A stretch of DNA of 64,000 nucleotides from Tubulanus polymorphus (lineage: Eukaryota > Animalia > Nemertea): NCBI RefSeq assembly GCF_964204645.1, contig NC_134027.1:12990485-13054484 (forward strand), given 5' to 3'. How positions within the stretch are numbered: position 1 is the stretch's first letter; every line of letters begins with the position of its first letter. Shown here piece after piece: positions 11,876 to 24,998 of the stretch. The translations under genes and the position numbers were made by a program. The notes under the pieces are model-generated. The model made no database searches and was not told where the DNA came from. It saw nothing but the letters and a program-made list of their open reading frames with translations.

Positions 11876-12232
11876 TTAATTTTTGAAGTTGGTTTTTTTT
11901 ACTTCTTGAGGTTTATCATCAAAATAATCTTTTCCTAAAACATTATTACTCAAATTTTGATGGTGTTTTTGTGATTCGAGATGTCTATTATAATTCCTTT
12001 TTACTAAAAATTCATTACAAACTTCACGTTTTATTTCATCCACATTCATATTTTCTAATCGTTCTTTTCTTTCATTGGAATTTTCTGGAGTTTCAAAATC
12101 TATTACATTTTTTATATGATTTGCAGATTTTTCATGTTTAGATTTATTAGATTTATCAATGTATTTTTTACAATATGGACAATGATATTGATTTTCATTA
12201 ACATCAATTTGTTCTGTCTTATTCTCTCCCAT
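11876..12232 (-). CDS. Small C2H2 zinc-finger ORF, possibly the frameshifted N-terminus of pPolB
   Basis: YHCPYCKKYIDKSNKSKHEKSANH and VCNEF..RHLESQKH; TAAATG start just inside the terminus. Confidence 0.6.
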   Translation of the reverse strand: MGENKTEQIDVNENQYHCPYCKKYIDKSNKSKHEKSANHIKNVIDFETPENSNERKERLENMNVDEIKREVCNEFLVKRNYNRHLESQKHHQNLSNNVLGKDYFDDKPQEVKKTNFKN

Positions 12233-12246
12233 TTATAAGGAAAACA

Positions 12247-12572
12247 AATTACTTGTGGTGATGAGTGGGGATTACTTCCCCCTGTATATAACAAACACGC
12301 TATTAACCGTTCTCACCCAAGCCTCACAGCATCTATTTATCCGGGTACAGTTGACACGCAATCACTGTACTACTACAGTAATAGCACACGCGTTAATAAC
12401 CGTTCTCAGTAGATACTCACTGTATCGATCTATCCACGCGCAGATGTTGTTACGCGCACTCACTGTATATATGTATCACAGAGCAATCGTCCGTTCTCAC
12501 TAGAGCCTAGCTGTGATGAGTGGTGTCTCGTACTCTCGTACTCTGGTATGAAAACGCCATTTCCTAATTACT
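12247..12572. repeat. Terminal inverted repeat of Polinton A (PolB-side end), with an extra 244-bp segment
   Basis: AAATTACTTGTGGTGATGAGTGG...CTAATTACT matches 37908..37979. The extra segment 12269..12512 is flanked by the direct repeat GTGATGAGTGG. Confidence 0.75.
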
Positions 12573-14094
12573 AATATCTGAATGTTTGGAATTTGTGGCA
12601 TTTGAACTAGACCCAATTTCACAAGCCTCAGATCTTAGAGTGCTGGTGCTACCGTCTTTATTTCCCGCAGTGAATTTACTTCGATCAAATTGAACACGCT
12701 GGTTGGACTTGCCAGGACAAATACTTGTATGATGCTTTTTATCGCATAATTTACATCTGAAACGAGAACGACACTGACTCACTATATGATAACCAAAGCA
12801 ATTGAAACAACGGCCAGATTGTTTTAACAAAATTCTACGTTTTTCAACGTCAGAAACCACTTTACAATCAGTTGGGTGTGTAAATTCTTACAATAAACAC
12901 ATGGACGACTTTTTATATTCGAATGTAGCGCTGATGCTGATCCGTACTCGTATGTTTGCGTATGATCATCTGGTCTACTACAAGAATCCATAACGTTTAA
13001 TTCAGTTGTAAGAAAAGAAAGCAAACATGTAAGGGTCATCTCTACCGTTCCTCCATTTAATCGCGCAATATTTCTTACTGTCGGAGCAGGTAACTTACTT
13101 ATAATAACGGGCGTGAGTAAATCACCATACGAGTCAGAGCTTTTACCCAACGTTTCAAGTCCTCTAACCGCAGATTCTATAGAATCCGAAAATTCACGTA
13201 ATTCTCGGAGATTTTCCTTGGGGGCTTTCAAATCTAACATCAATTGCATGTAAGCAATCACAACTCTTGAATCCTGAGCAAAACGCTTATTTAGTATTTC
13301 TACGGCAGCTATATAATTATCAGCCGTCAACGAGAGTCCAGCAATAGCCCGCGCAGCCTCACCCTCGAGTTGCGCTCTCAAATAAGTAAACTTCTGAACA
13401 TCACTTAAATGTATATCATCGTGTATTGCCGCTTTAAAACTATCCCAAAAGGGCCGGAAGTCTAGTTAATAGTTTACCGGAAAATTTAGGCAAGTCAAGT
13501 TTCGGCAAACGACTACTATGTTGCATTTTTGTTTTCGATTTTCCATTTTCGTGAAATTGTGTAGCATACTTTTGAATGGACTTACCAATCAAAAATCTCT
13601 TCTTCTCAAGCTCTTCCAGATATGAGTCGAACTCAATCTTCATCATCAGCTCTAATATTTCTAGATCCAAATGTCGAATAACAGCAATCTTCCGACTCAA
13701 CGATTCCATCGCGGATTCCAATTCCAGCACGTTAGCTTCGCTACTTGTGCTGAGATCCAAACCTTCTAATTGTTTCGTTACTACACCCTTATTTGCAGAC
13801 CGTCTGGCTCTCAGACGTCTCTCAGTTTCGTCTCCTACCTTCGGCGGCATTTTCTCGAATTTCGCTGGTCACGGCACCAAAATGTAGTATTAGACGAGAG
13901 AGACGACCAGAGAACAAGAACTCAGCACGACGAACAGTGTGATCTTACAAAAATGCCTCCTGATTTATTCATACACAGATATTTATATGCAGCAAATATG
14001 ACGGTCACAGACCGTGAATAACAAAAAGTATTGAATTCGGAAATATACAGTTTACAGTTTACTAGACAGTTCAGTCACATTCGAAACAACAACA
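12573..14094 (-). mobile_element. BEL/Pao LTR retrotransposon remnant (5' LTR, PBS, gag), interrupted by Polinton A
   Basis: LTR from 13883 (TG...) to ~14070-14094 with AATAAA on minus. PBS TGGTGCCGTGACCAG (tRNA-His-like) at ~13865-13879. Gag has LPKLDLPKFSG, LRAQLEGEAARAIAGL (DUF1759-like) and knuckles CFNC..H..C and CKLCDKKHHTSIC. Confidence 0.85.
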
Positions 14095-14447
14095 GAGTTG
14101 ACAGAGTTGAGTCACTCCATAGGACCGAGTCCCGACACGAGTACCGTACTCGGTGAATCGCTCAAGGGGGAAGTGGTACCGTAACAAAATGAAATTAATT
14201 GAATTAGGGCTAGAGTTTAGGAATTCAACCTCTCGAGGGTCCAGAGGGTTAGATGGTCTAGGGGTTGGGGTTATAATAGGGTAGGTAGGGCTAGGCTATA
14301 TCTAGTAAACATTGACCCATATGGTTTTAGTGGTTAGCTGGTTGCTGGTTGAATTCCATTGTATGCATCTAGAGCTATAAATGGTTTTTAATCAAATCAA
14401 TACGTTTTTCTATCATTAACTGGTTTGCATCATTAACTGATAATCAA

Positions 14448-16205
14448 TTGAAGAATTTCGTACCTGCATTCGGTGATAGGATCAGCATATTTAATTACTG
14501 CAAAAGACATGATACTCGTGGACCTCAATTGAAAAGTAAAAGTAAAGCGGGAATTTTTGACATTCTGAGACGAAGAATGAATTTGTCAAAAGATAGCGAT
14601 GACACCGAGGAAACCAGTGATATCCAATTAAAACCAGCTAAGCGAGGCAGACCTAAATCATCAATAAGAAAAGTCGAGATTGGTTGGATAAATAAGTCCG
14701 TTCTTGTGCGCCGTAAGTTAGGGGAGGTACCAGGAGAATCGACGTAGCTGCATCTGATAAACCAGAAGACATCATAACCAAAGCAAAATCTCTTTTTCCC
14801 ATCCGGGGTTTCTCCAGTCGGAAAGCTTGACGATTTTATTTGCAGTTTGGTTGATTATAAGTCCAACAAAATTGATTGCTCTCTTTCCGTCGCTGAAATG
14901 TATGAGGTTACTGGATTTCCGATGCTAAGGCTATATTTGGCTACTACGCCAGTTGATGATACGTGTACTGAAAATGAGTGCACTTCTACCGAAGGCTGTA
15001 CTGAGCAATCTCCAGAAGACAGCGTGGATAGCGGAGTCATAAGTTTCAAAACTGAAGTCGATCAAGTTTTTGATCTAGATTTTGACATGATGTACGCGAG
15101 TGATATCATCGGCCAATTTTCTTCCCATCGACGAATTACCGGACATTCGGCCTACTACAACTGCAACTGAACCTGTCGATATCACAACAAATGTATTCCC
15201 ATCCACTAGCACCTCTGCAAACACTTCACTCCATAATGAAATAGATATGAAAGAAGTTCTTGTCATTCACAATGTGAATATTGTGAAAGAAATGTTAGAC
15301 ATATTTAGCAACTCAGATATTCTTCACCGCTCTTTTGAAATAAAACGGATTTTAGATAACGGAAAGGAAGAGGTTGGCACAGGAACGGGAGTAATCCGCG
15401 ACACGTTAAGCGCGTTTTGGGAAAGGTTTTATATGCAGAACACTGTCGGTGACGAAGTTCGAGTGCCTTTTATACGCCACGATTTTGACGAGAAAAAATG
15501 GATGGCTCTTGCACGAATAATAATAAAGGGCTATGAAGAAAGTGGATATTGGCCGGTAAAATTGGCTCTGCCATTTCGTGAAAGTTTCATGTATGGCTGC
15601 TCTATGTCTAACTTCGAGGACTCGTTCTTTGGTTATGTAAACGTATCTGAGAGGGAAACTCAGAAGTTTGGAAATAATGCAATGTTATGGTTGTAAAAGG
15701 CTTCCCACACCAGAAAATATCAAACGGATTGTTTCTGAATTAGCTCATCAAGAATAATTCAGTGACCGGCATTTATTGCCGAATGTATGAAAGGTGTCTT
15801 CTGCAATAGACAGATCATCGACCCTGACGTACTTAAAAGCCTATATACCTCATTAACCCCTACGAATAAAGCCGTAGTAAAGAAATTAAAGTTCCCAAAA
15901 ACCATGAGCATAAAGGAGAGGGAAGTAGAACAACATGTCAAAAGATATGTGAAAGGACTCAACAAGAAACACCTTGCCTATTTCCTACGGTTTTGCACTG
16001 GAAGTGATATTCTAAGCGAGGGAAGCATTTCAGTCACTTTTAGTCACATGGTCGAGTTTGCAAAACGACCAATCGGCCATACATGCGGTAAAACTCTGGA
16101 ACTTCCAGACGAATTTTGAACACTTCGCTGAATTGAATGAAATGTTTAACGAACTTTTTTCTGGTGGATTCAAAGCCCAGTTATGGGATATGGACATGGT
16201 GTAGA
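14448..16205 (+). pseudogene. G2E3-like HECT-domain E3 ligase pseudogene, probably transposon cargo
   Basis: Frameshifted ORFs with EVGTGTGVIRDTLSAFWE, VPFIRHD, FLRFCTGSD and RPIGHTCGKTLELP (catalytic Cys motif of HECT). Confidence 0.7.
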
Positions 16206-16252
16206 TATGGACATGGTGTATACGTATGATATATAGCAATAAAACGAAAGCG

Positions 16253-16790
16253 ACATTTAAGAACTAGACTTAGAAAATTTGAATAATTCAATTTCAACTT
16301 CTCCGTATCTCATCATTATCTTTTAAAGTTTATGTCGAAAAGTTTTTTATGCTTTATGTTTTTGGTAAAGATACTCGCCAAAAACGGAAACGCTTTATTT
16401 TCAAAAGGCCTGCCTCTACGTTTTCTATGCTTGGCGGTCATAGAATATCTTGTTATATGCATGTAATATGTTTTTGATTCGTTATTTTTAGATTTTCTAT
16501 TTAGATTCTAGTTCAGCAAGAATCCATTTAATTTTCCGATAATGAAACGCATTCAACGTTAAGAATTAGACTTCGAGAAAAATCTGAATATTTCAATTTC
16601 AAATTTCTCCGAAATTGTATCATTATGCATTTTAAGAGTTCGAAAAGTTCGAAAAGTTATTTCTGGTTCATTTTTTTGTAAAGATACTCGCCATATAGGC
16701 CTTCTTGGTATCTCATACAGAAACGCTCTATTCTCGCACGTTTTATTTGATTGGCGGTCATGAAATAAAAATGTCTTTTCATGGTACTTA
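16253..16790. repeat. Degenerate ~300-bp direct duplication
   Basis: TTAAGAAxTAGACTT..TTCAATTTCAA..TTCTCCG..AAAGATACTCGCCA..TTGGCGGTCAT recurs at ~16255 and ~16558. Confidence 0.6.
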
Positions 16791-17759
16791 AAAGAAAATT
16801 ATTATTTCTGAAATTAAACAATTAAAAATCGAATTTCAAGTGAAATCTTTAGTTGGTTTGGTTTTTGGGAGGACGTCACTTGCAACACGGAAAGTTTATC
16901 TTTGGTTGAGTGAAATAGCTTTTCTCGACTCAGTGCCAAGGCATATGCTTGGATTGCAAATTCATCTAAATTCAATTCAGTATAAACCTCCAATCAGCCA
17001 AAAACCTTTGAATCCAATTCAATCCAATTATATTCAGCAAAAGTCTCCAAATCCAATGCACTTGAATTTTATTCACCACCAAATGTACAATTCAATTCTA
17101 ATTCGGCTGGATGATAATTTCGAAAATTTGCACTCCTTGCAATGAATTAAAACCTGCCAACTGCATCACATAAGCACTAGAGGAGGTACTCTCCCTCCCC
17201 GCCCCTACTTGGAGTGTTCTAGTCAACCAAAGATAAAATTGAGTCTATACGGGGCTGAAGTGACCTATGCTCACGCTGATCATTAACCCAAAGCTATCTT
17301 TTAGACAACTAACATAGTGGGTCCAACACTTTTCTCCAAATCCAAGATAAATTTGGATAACCAAGGTTGCCCCCCCCTCACTTAAGGTCTAGCTCCCCCA
17401 TTAAGATGTCCTCCATCCGCCCTTGTTTGATCCAAGAGTTCTCGTTGTAATACGTTATATGAGTTACGTTTTTGTGCATAATGACAACAAATACTTTGTT
17501 ACTTTGTTTATCAGCCACCGGAAGTCCCAAGGGATTCTTGTTGGACAACTTAGTATGGGACGTAATGATTTATTCCTATTTCATCCCGTTAGATAATTAA
17601 CCTCGCCTAAGTCGTCAGCATTATGGTTTCCTCCACTGGATCAATTATGGTCATCACCCAGTTTGAGAGTCAGGAAAAAATTACTGAACTCTATTACTGG
17701 AACAATTTTATTGTTAAATCCTATGGATTTGAATCATAACATACATTCCTTTTTGGTAT

Positions 17760-19146
17760 CTACAGAGACGTATGAATAATATGTCGCAATCGGAAGTACA
17801 ATTGAACTGCATCGAGTGGGTCATTTGTAACACTTAAGTCATACTCGTCGATCAGCAAACAACACAGATCATAAATGTCACTTTGACACGGCTGTTCCTT
17901 GAAGAGGCAAAGATTTTCGACACGCATCAAATCATTAATTTCAAAAGGTTGCAAATAGTCATTGGCACCATATAAATTAGGTAAAATATATATAATTTTT
18001 TGTCGACCGATGGCTAGATGAGTGGCCGATCTGCTTTTTCTAATTCTATGGAAATTCCAGTGTTGAATTATATCATCTAATTCCTCCTGTAAAAAATAAA
18101 TAAAAGAGGTTAGTAATTGGCATTAAAAGGAATAAATCATAGAATAAAGTACTTAAAGGTTTATTTCTGTTTGCAGTAACGATTGGTCCGCCGTCCAAGG
18201 CACTTTTCATATCTAAAGTGAACTCGTTTACTTCAAACATGACCGAAAAAGCATCAATGAAACTTGCTACAGGTTCGATCGGGTGTGAAGGCACTAACAA
18301 CACGTACCTGTATTATATGTTAAAAACAGAACTGCAAAAGAGACTTATCAAGGGCATCTCCAATGAAAAAGCCATCACTTTGAATCTTTTGAATATGTCA
18401 ATCCATTGGTGTATGCCTTGTTGCTTAAGCTGTCCCCAGAATGCTTCAATGCGTTAATTGACGGTGCTCCTTCCATATATAAAGCATTGGTCTGCATTAA
18501 CGTCGGCATGAGCTTGACGCAAAAATATTTGCATATCCCTGACGTTGCAATTCTCTGTACCATGGTCTGCCCTCACCTTCTCTGGACATCCATTAAGACG
18601 TGCTATAGCATTGAAATAATACCTTGCTATTATCCGAGGATCGTTATTGGTATGGTACGCTTCTAACCATATAAGCTTAAGACTGTACCCGTCTATACAT
18701 CCGTGGATGCATATGCCATATGGCTTGAGTTTATCGTATCCATCGTTATGCCACGACATATTTGGGCCTTTGTTGATATACATTCGCCTCTGCAGTTTGC
18801 CTTTAGATCGAACAAGGACACCTTCAGGATCAAGAATAGTCAAAAGCTGACGAACAGTTTCATGACTTACGACGTACCCTGCCTGAATTGCCTTGAGATA
18901 GTGCCATCTATAGCCATTAAGGTTTCCATAGTTGGATATCTGATCGAACAAAAAGTCGACAATATCTAATACGTCAGAAAAGTAAATTTTTCTGTATAAA
19001 CCTCCGGAACGGAGTATTCGTTGTAATGTTCTATAACTGAAAACGATACGATACCGGTGAGCCAGAACATGTAATATCTCCTTATAATTCAATCCCAACT
19101 TGAATAGTCCTGTAACAATATCTCGAGTTCGTTGATTTCCATTCAT
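17760..19146 (-). pseudogene. Spliced DDE integrase-core transposase (IS3/IS481-like, IS3EU-type)
   Basis: N-terminal HTH; WHNDGYDKLKPYGICIHGCIDGYS; VRADHGTEN; GRSTVN*RIE with a premature stop. GT donor at 18307, AG acceptor at 18087; exon 2 begins EELDDIIQHWNFHRIR. Confidence 0.8.
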
Positions 19147-19204
19147 ATTCGACGTGGAGTAGATAAGCGACGCGACACAGTTCTCGTAAGCTAGTGATGA
19201 ATAC

Positions 19205-20145
19205 TTTGGAAATGGCTGCCATCACAAAAAGTGACACTCATAAATATAAGTTATTTTTCTGTGTGATTTTTTCACACAGAAAAATGGCCGCCCTCGAGAA
19301 AAATGATAAATATAAATATGAATTATTTTTCTGTGTGATTTTTTCACACAGAAAAATGGCCGCCATCGAGAAAAATGATAAATATAAATATAAGTTATTT
19401 TTCTGTGTGATTTATTGACACAGAAAAATGGCCGCCATCGAGAAAAATGATAAATATAAATATAAATTATTTTTCTGTGTGATTTATTGACACAGAAAAA
19501 TGGCCGCCATCGAGAAAAATGATAAATATAAATATAAATTATTTTTCTGTGTGATTTTTTGACACAGAAAAATGGCCGCCATCGAGAAAAAAGATAAATA
19601 TAAATATAAGTTATTTTTCTGTGTGATTTATTGACACAGAAAAATGGCCGCCATCAAGAAAAATGATAAATATAAATATAAATTATTTTTCTGTGTGATT
19701 TTTTCGCACAGAAAAATGGCCGCCATTGTGAAAAATGATAAATATAAATATAAGTTATTTTTCTGTGTGATTTTTTGACACAGAAAAATGGCCGCCATCG
19801 AGAAAAATGATAAATATAAATATAAATTATTTTTCTGTGTGATTTTTTCACACAGAAAAATGGCCGCCATCGAGATAAATGGTATATATAAATGTAAATT
19901 ATTTTTCTGTGTGAATTTTTCACATAGAAAATTAACTTAATTTTAAATAATTTTGTTTCTGGGAGCTACTAAAAGATAATTATAACTTATTATTTTTCGG
20001 TGTGATCTCACACAGAAAAATGGCCGCCGTCGAGAAAAATGATAAATATAATTATAAATTATTTTTCTGTGTGATTTTTTCACACAGAAAATTAATTTAA
20101 TTTGAAATAATTATGTTTTTGGGAGCTACAAAAAAGGATAAATAT
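19205..20145. repeat. 72-bp subterminal tandem array (~10 good copies plus 1-2 degenerate)
   Basis: AAAATGGCCGCCATCGAGAAAAATGATAAATATAAATATAAATTATTTTTCTGTGTGATTTTTTCACACAG at 19281, 19353, 19425 and onward. Followed by a putative element terminus ...GCTGCCGTA (5'-TACGG on minus) at 20169. Confidence 0.9.
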
Positions 20146-20899
20146 AATTGTCGCCAGGATGCTGCCGTAGAAAGATGAAGTGTTTAATAGAACATTAAAT
20201 ATTTGGAATCATTTTAAGATAAAAAATCGTGGTGAATTAGTAGATTTATATTTAAAAACAGATGTTATGATATTGGCCGATATATTTGAAAAATTTTGAG
20301 AAGTTAATTTGAATCATTTTAATGTTGATCCCTGTTATTGTTATTCAAGTCCTGGTTTAACCTGGCAATGTGGTTTAAAATATACAAATGTAGAATCAGA
20401 TTTATGAAAAGAACCAGACAAGGTTTTATTATTTGAAAAATCAATTAGAGGTGGAATAAGTGGTGTTATGGGAAATACAATTATATTGTTCATTATAGAA
20501 TGTTAAAATTTTATCTAAAACAAGGAATGAAATTAAAGAAAGTACATAGATATATTGAATTTAATCAATCGAAGTGGTTAGAAAAATATATAGATTTTAA
20601 TACTCAACAGAGAACCATTTCAAAAACAGATTTTGAAGAGATTTCTTCAAATTAATGAATAATAGTTTTTATGGAAAAACATGTGAAAATATTAGAAATA
20701 GAAATGATATTGAATTAGTAAATAATTCTGAACGATTGAGACATTTACAATCAAGTCCTAGACATTTAGGAGATAAAAGATTTGAAGATTATTTAACAGC
20801 AGTAAAATTAAAAAGAACGTCAATGAAATTTAATAAACCTACATTCATTGGTTCAACTGTTTTAGAAATATCAAAATTATTAATGTATGATTTTTATTA

Positions 20900-23868
20900 T
20901 ATTAGGTTGGGGGAAAGTGGTACACGGGGGAATGTGGGACAGGTTCACTTTGAGACTAGCTGGTGCTGACATCTTGAAGCAGTTAGTATAACTAACACAC
21001 AGAATGTACTTGTGCAACACCGTAAGCGTGTTACAAGTTGAAAACTTTTTGCTGTACACGAAAAAAAATCATTTTAGTCGATTTACACCACATAGCCTCA
21101 TTTTAGGACCCTGGAAATTGTACCTATAGTAAGTATAACATCTTTAGAAAAATATTACACGTACATTACAATGATTTTAAATTTCAAATGTGCTTTATAA
21201 GCATTGTAATACATGTCAACTGTATACCACAGCACTCTAGTACTGATTATCTATGCATGGCTCTTCTACAGCATGGGTTGCATATGTACGGTGTCCTGTG
21301 AGGGCCAAATTCTCAAATATGGGGGGGGGGGGGGGTACAGTGTTTAATTGAAAAAAAACTTGTCAGGAAATGCTTCTTATCCACATTCAATGTTTATAAT
21401 AAAGCAAAACAAAGTTTTCAACATGAATCAGTTAATGAATCGTATATTTTTGAAATAGGCAATTAATAGAAATAAATTATTTGATGGATATTTTTTAGGT
21501 GTCCCACATTCCCCCATTACCATATTTCTGATAAAATTCGTATTTTATTTCAGCAAAGATGCCTAGAAATTATAAACGGAAGACAGAACAAGTTAACTGG
21601 GATGATGATGATATGAAAATAGCCATTGTCAGTTGTAAAGATGGGCAGATGTCATACAGCGAGGCTGCAGACATTTTCAAGGTCCCGCGTTCTACATTGC
21701 AGCGTCATGCAACAGGAAATGTGAAGAAAGTAGCTGGATCTAAAAAACTTGGAAGAGATTGATTATTGACAATACAACAAGAGAATGATTTAGTGAAGTA
21801 CATATTTGAGTTTGAGGAGCGCGGTTTTCCTCTAACCAAAAAAAAAAATGTTCAGGTTTTGTCAATTGCAAGGGCAATACATATGAATAAGCCCCTTGTA
21901 GAACAGTTCTTTAAGCTTCAGGACACTGTTTATGCTCAAGCTAAGGTTTTTGGGAATCCAAGTAGGGTATATAACACAGATGAGTCTGGTTCAAGTCTTG
22001 TACCGGGGGTCAAAAAATTGTAGGTAAGAAGGGTAAGAAGGATTCTAACCAAATAACTTCGGATGAAAGAGGCACACTGATAACAATAATGATTTGCTGC
22101 AATGCAGCTGGGGACTTTGTCCCACCTACTGTTATTTATTAGGGTAAAAGGCTTCCACCCCATCTTGTTGAAAATTTGCCGCCGTACACATTAGTTCTTA
22201 TGTCGGAAACGGGATATATGAACAAAGACCTGTTTCTGAAATGGTTAGAACATTTTAATACACATAAGAAAGACAAAGATGGCAAATCTGTTTTAATTAT
22301 AGATGGTCACAAATCGCATACTATGTCAATGGATGTAATCGACTATGCTAGCACCAACAATGTCGAACTTGTCAGTTTCCCACCCCACACCTCACATGTT
22401 CTCCAGCCTATGGACATCGTATTTTATAAACCAGTAAAAGAATACTTCAGAGACAATGTGAGAAAATATCTTAGAAATAATCCTGGTCAACGTTTACGCG
22501 AAACAATTTTCCACAAGTCTTCCAGGACACATACATTAAAGTTGCAACGATGGAAAATGCTGTCACCTCATTCGGAAAGACAGGATTATACCCTTTGAAG
22601 ATTGATGAAATACCTTAAATCTGCATGCCTACAGAAACTACAGCTATTCCAACAGAGGTATTGGAAGATCAAGAGGTTGTAGAAAACCAAATGAATGTTG
22701 ATGTTAACATGAATGAAATTCCACTGGCAAAACCTACTAATGAAAATGTGAGTGAAGAAAATGAGATTTAAACTGAGGATGGTGAGACCGTTCAAACTGG
22801 AGAACCAAATGTTTCTGGTGATCTAACTGCTTCAGTGGAGGCAGTGGCTGACAAAAGTCTGACAGAGTCAGCTAGTGAGGCATCATTCCATGATATACTA
22901 CCCTTACCAAAAAGGATTGTGAAAGAAAAGTCCACTCGGAACACTTTCAAAGCAGGGTCAAAACTCTTCCCAAGTCCCAAGTATAAAGCAGATCTACAGA
23001 ATTTTAGGGATTTACAGAAAAAGAAAGAAGAAACAAAAATAAATAAAGCTAAGGAAAGGAAAGAAAGGAAATAAACAGCAAAGGAAAGGAAAGGGTGTGG
23101 CCAAAAAGGTGGGTTGGCCAAAAAAGCAATAAAAGCCAGTTGTCGGCACAAGCAGCGGTTGGTAGTGCAATAGCCTCAGGTTCTGGAGTTCAGGGGAAGA
23201 AAAAGAAAAAGCAGATAACATCAGATGACATTGACAGAGATAACCCAGAAAATATATGTGGTCCTTGTCAAGGAAATTACTTTGAGGATGACTCCGACGA
23301 CACAGAGGGGTGGATCAAGTGTCCCAGCTGCGATATTTGGTTCCATGAAACGTGTGCAGGGGTTTTTGGTAAATCTATGTATGATCTGTGAAGAGTGTGC
23401 TGGGTAGTTATAAATGTGTAATCTTACAATTTAAAGGCACTATTAAGATTATGTAATATGGAATTCTCTTTACAAACCTAAAATCATAGAATTATTAATC
23501 GTGGGGTAATGTGGGACAAGATGGGGTAATGTGGGACACCTCTTAAAGATAAAGATTGGTATGATTTTGTCAAGTCAATTATTGTTTTCTGTCAAAATAA
23601 AAGCAGTTTAACCAACATTTTATAGTTGTTTATGAATCTATAGACCTGTCCCACTTTCCCCCAAGTGGGGTAAAGTGGGACAATCTGGGTACTCTACTCC
23701 AGGGGGACCTGGTTGCTAGGGTATACTAGATGTTTGACCTTGTTGCATTTCAAAGTTTAAGAATATTGAATAGCATCGTCCTCAGCAAAACTCGCCATAA
23801 TATCTCATGCGGTGTTGCCACCATATTTGAATATCTAGTTAGCTGTCCCACTTCCCGCCACCCTACTA
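20900..23868 (+). mobile_element. pogo/Tc1-mariner-superfamily DNA transposon (HTH-psq, DDE_1, PHD), defective
   Basis: TIRs TATTAGGTTGGGGGAAAGTGG / CCACTTCCCGCCACCCTACTA. Removing the element and one TA restores the pPolB DFYYNV codons. Protein motifs MPRNYKRK, YNTDESG, LIIDGHKSH, PPHTSHVLQPMD, and PHD CGPC..WIKCPSCDIWFHETC. Confidence 0.9.
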
Positions 23869-23925
23869 TATAATGTTTCACAACCACTTTTTGGGGAAAA
23901 ACATATTGAAATATTATATTTTCAT

Positions 23926-24998
23926 TCTATAAGAGCTATTACCCCAATATTATTAAAATACAATAACCAAATATTAATTCGAAGAATTACAGAAATAATT
24001 CCAAAACAAAATGAACTTTATATTTCATATGGTGAAAAAGAATTGATACAAACAAATGGATTAATGGATGTTATGTCAAGAAATGGATGGAAAAAATTTA
24101 AGAGTATTATTATATTATTAGGCATAAAACAAATAAGAAAATCTATAGAGTTAGACCTAAATTAGGATTCGTTGATGTTACTGAAGATCACAGTTTAATT
24201 AAACAAAATGGTGATGAAATAAAACCAACTGATATAAAAATTGGAGAAGAATTATTACATAAAAGATTTTACCCAAGAATGGATCATATGTCATTTGATG
24301 AAATAATTCATAATATTTATAATAGAGAACCTGAAACATTAGAAGAAAAAGAATATTTTATTAAAGGATTTTTTATGGGTGATGGTTCAGCAGGTGTGTA
24401 TAAGTATGTTAATCACACTCAATATCGTTGGTGTTTATGCAATCAAGATTTGAAATTATTAGAAAGAATAAAGAAATACTGTGAAGAAGTTTATCCAAAT
24501 AAAACATTTAAAATCATAGATGTTATGAAATCATCAGCAGTTTATAGAATACATGTAAATAATCCTAAAGATTTTGCAATTAAATATAATGATGAATTCT
24601 ATATTCACGCAATAGTTAAAAGTAATACTTCAACTAAAGAAAAGATAGTACCAGATTATGTATTAAATGCAAAAGATAATTTAAGAAAATGGTTCTTCAT
24701 TGGATTCTATGCTGCAGATGGCACTAAAAAATTTACAAAACAGAAAACTATATCTTTGACACAAAAAGGAAAAGTTGCTATATCAGGATTAAATATATTA
24801 TGCAATTCATTAGGATTTTATATATTAGTTAATATTAGAAAGGATAAACCAAATGTATTTCAATTAACGCATGTAGAAAAAGAATAAACAGAAGAAGTTA
24901 GAGATTCATTTGAAATATATAACCCAACAGATTATGTTTATGATTTATCAACTGAAGATGGTACATTTAATGGTAGATTTCCATTAATCCTAAAGAAT
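23926..24998 (+). mobile_element. Orthologous LAGLIDADG intein in pPolB of copy B (degenerate)
   Basis: SIRAITPILLK...VDVTEDHSLI...FIKGFFMGDGS...FFIGFYAADGT...YVYDLSTEDGTFNGRFPLILKN|TDS; same insertion site as in A. Confidence 0.9.

Larger units (their letters stand above)
1..12572 (-). mobile_element. Polinton/Maverick (adintovirus-like) provirus copy A, decayed; extends beyond left edge of window
   Basis: Very AT-rich block with pPolB, minor and major capsid and Zn-finger genes. Ends at 12572 in ...CTAATTACT (5'-AGTAATTAG on minus), the same terminus as copy B at 37979. Gene order is colinear with copy B in inverted orientation. Confidence 0.93.

Noticed and set aside
19205-20145. Regular palindromic repeats resembling a CRISPR array; repetitive ORFs at 19194, 19628 and 19654
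   Set aside because: Units are contiguous with no unique spacers, there are no cas genes and the context is eukaryotic. The ORFs arise because 72 is a multiple of 3.
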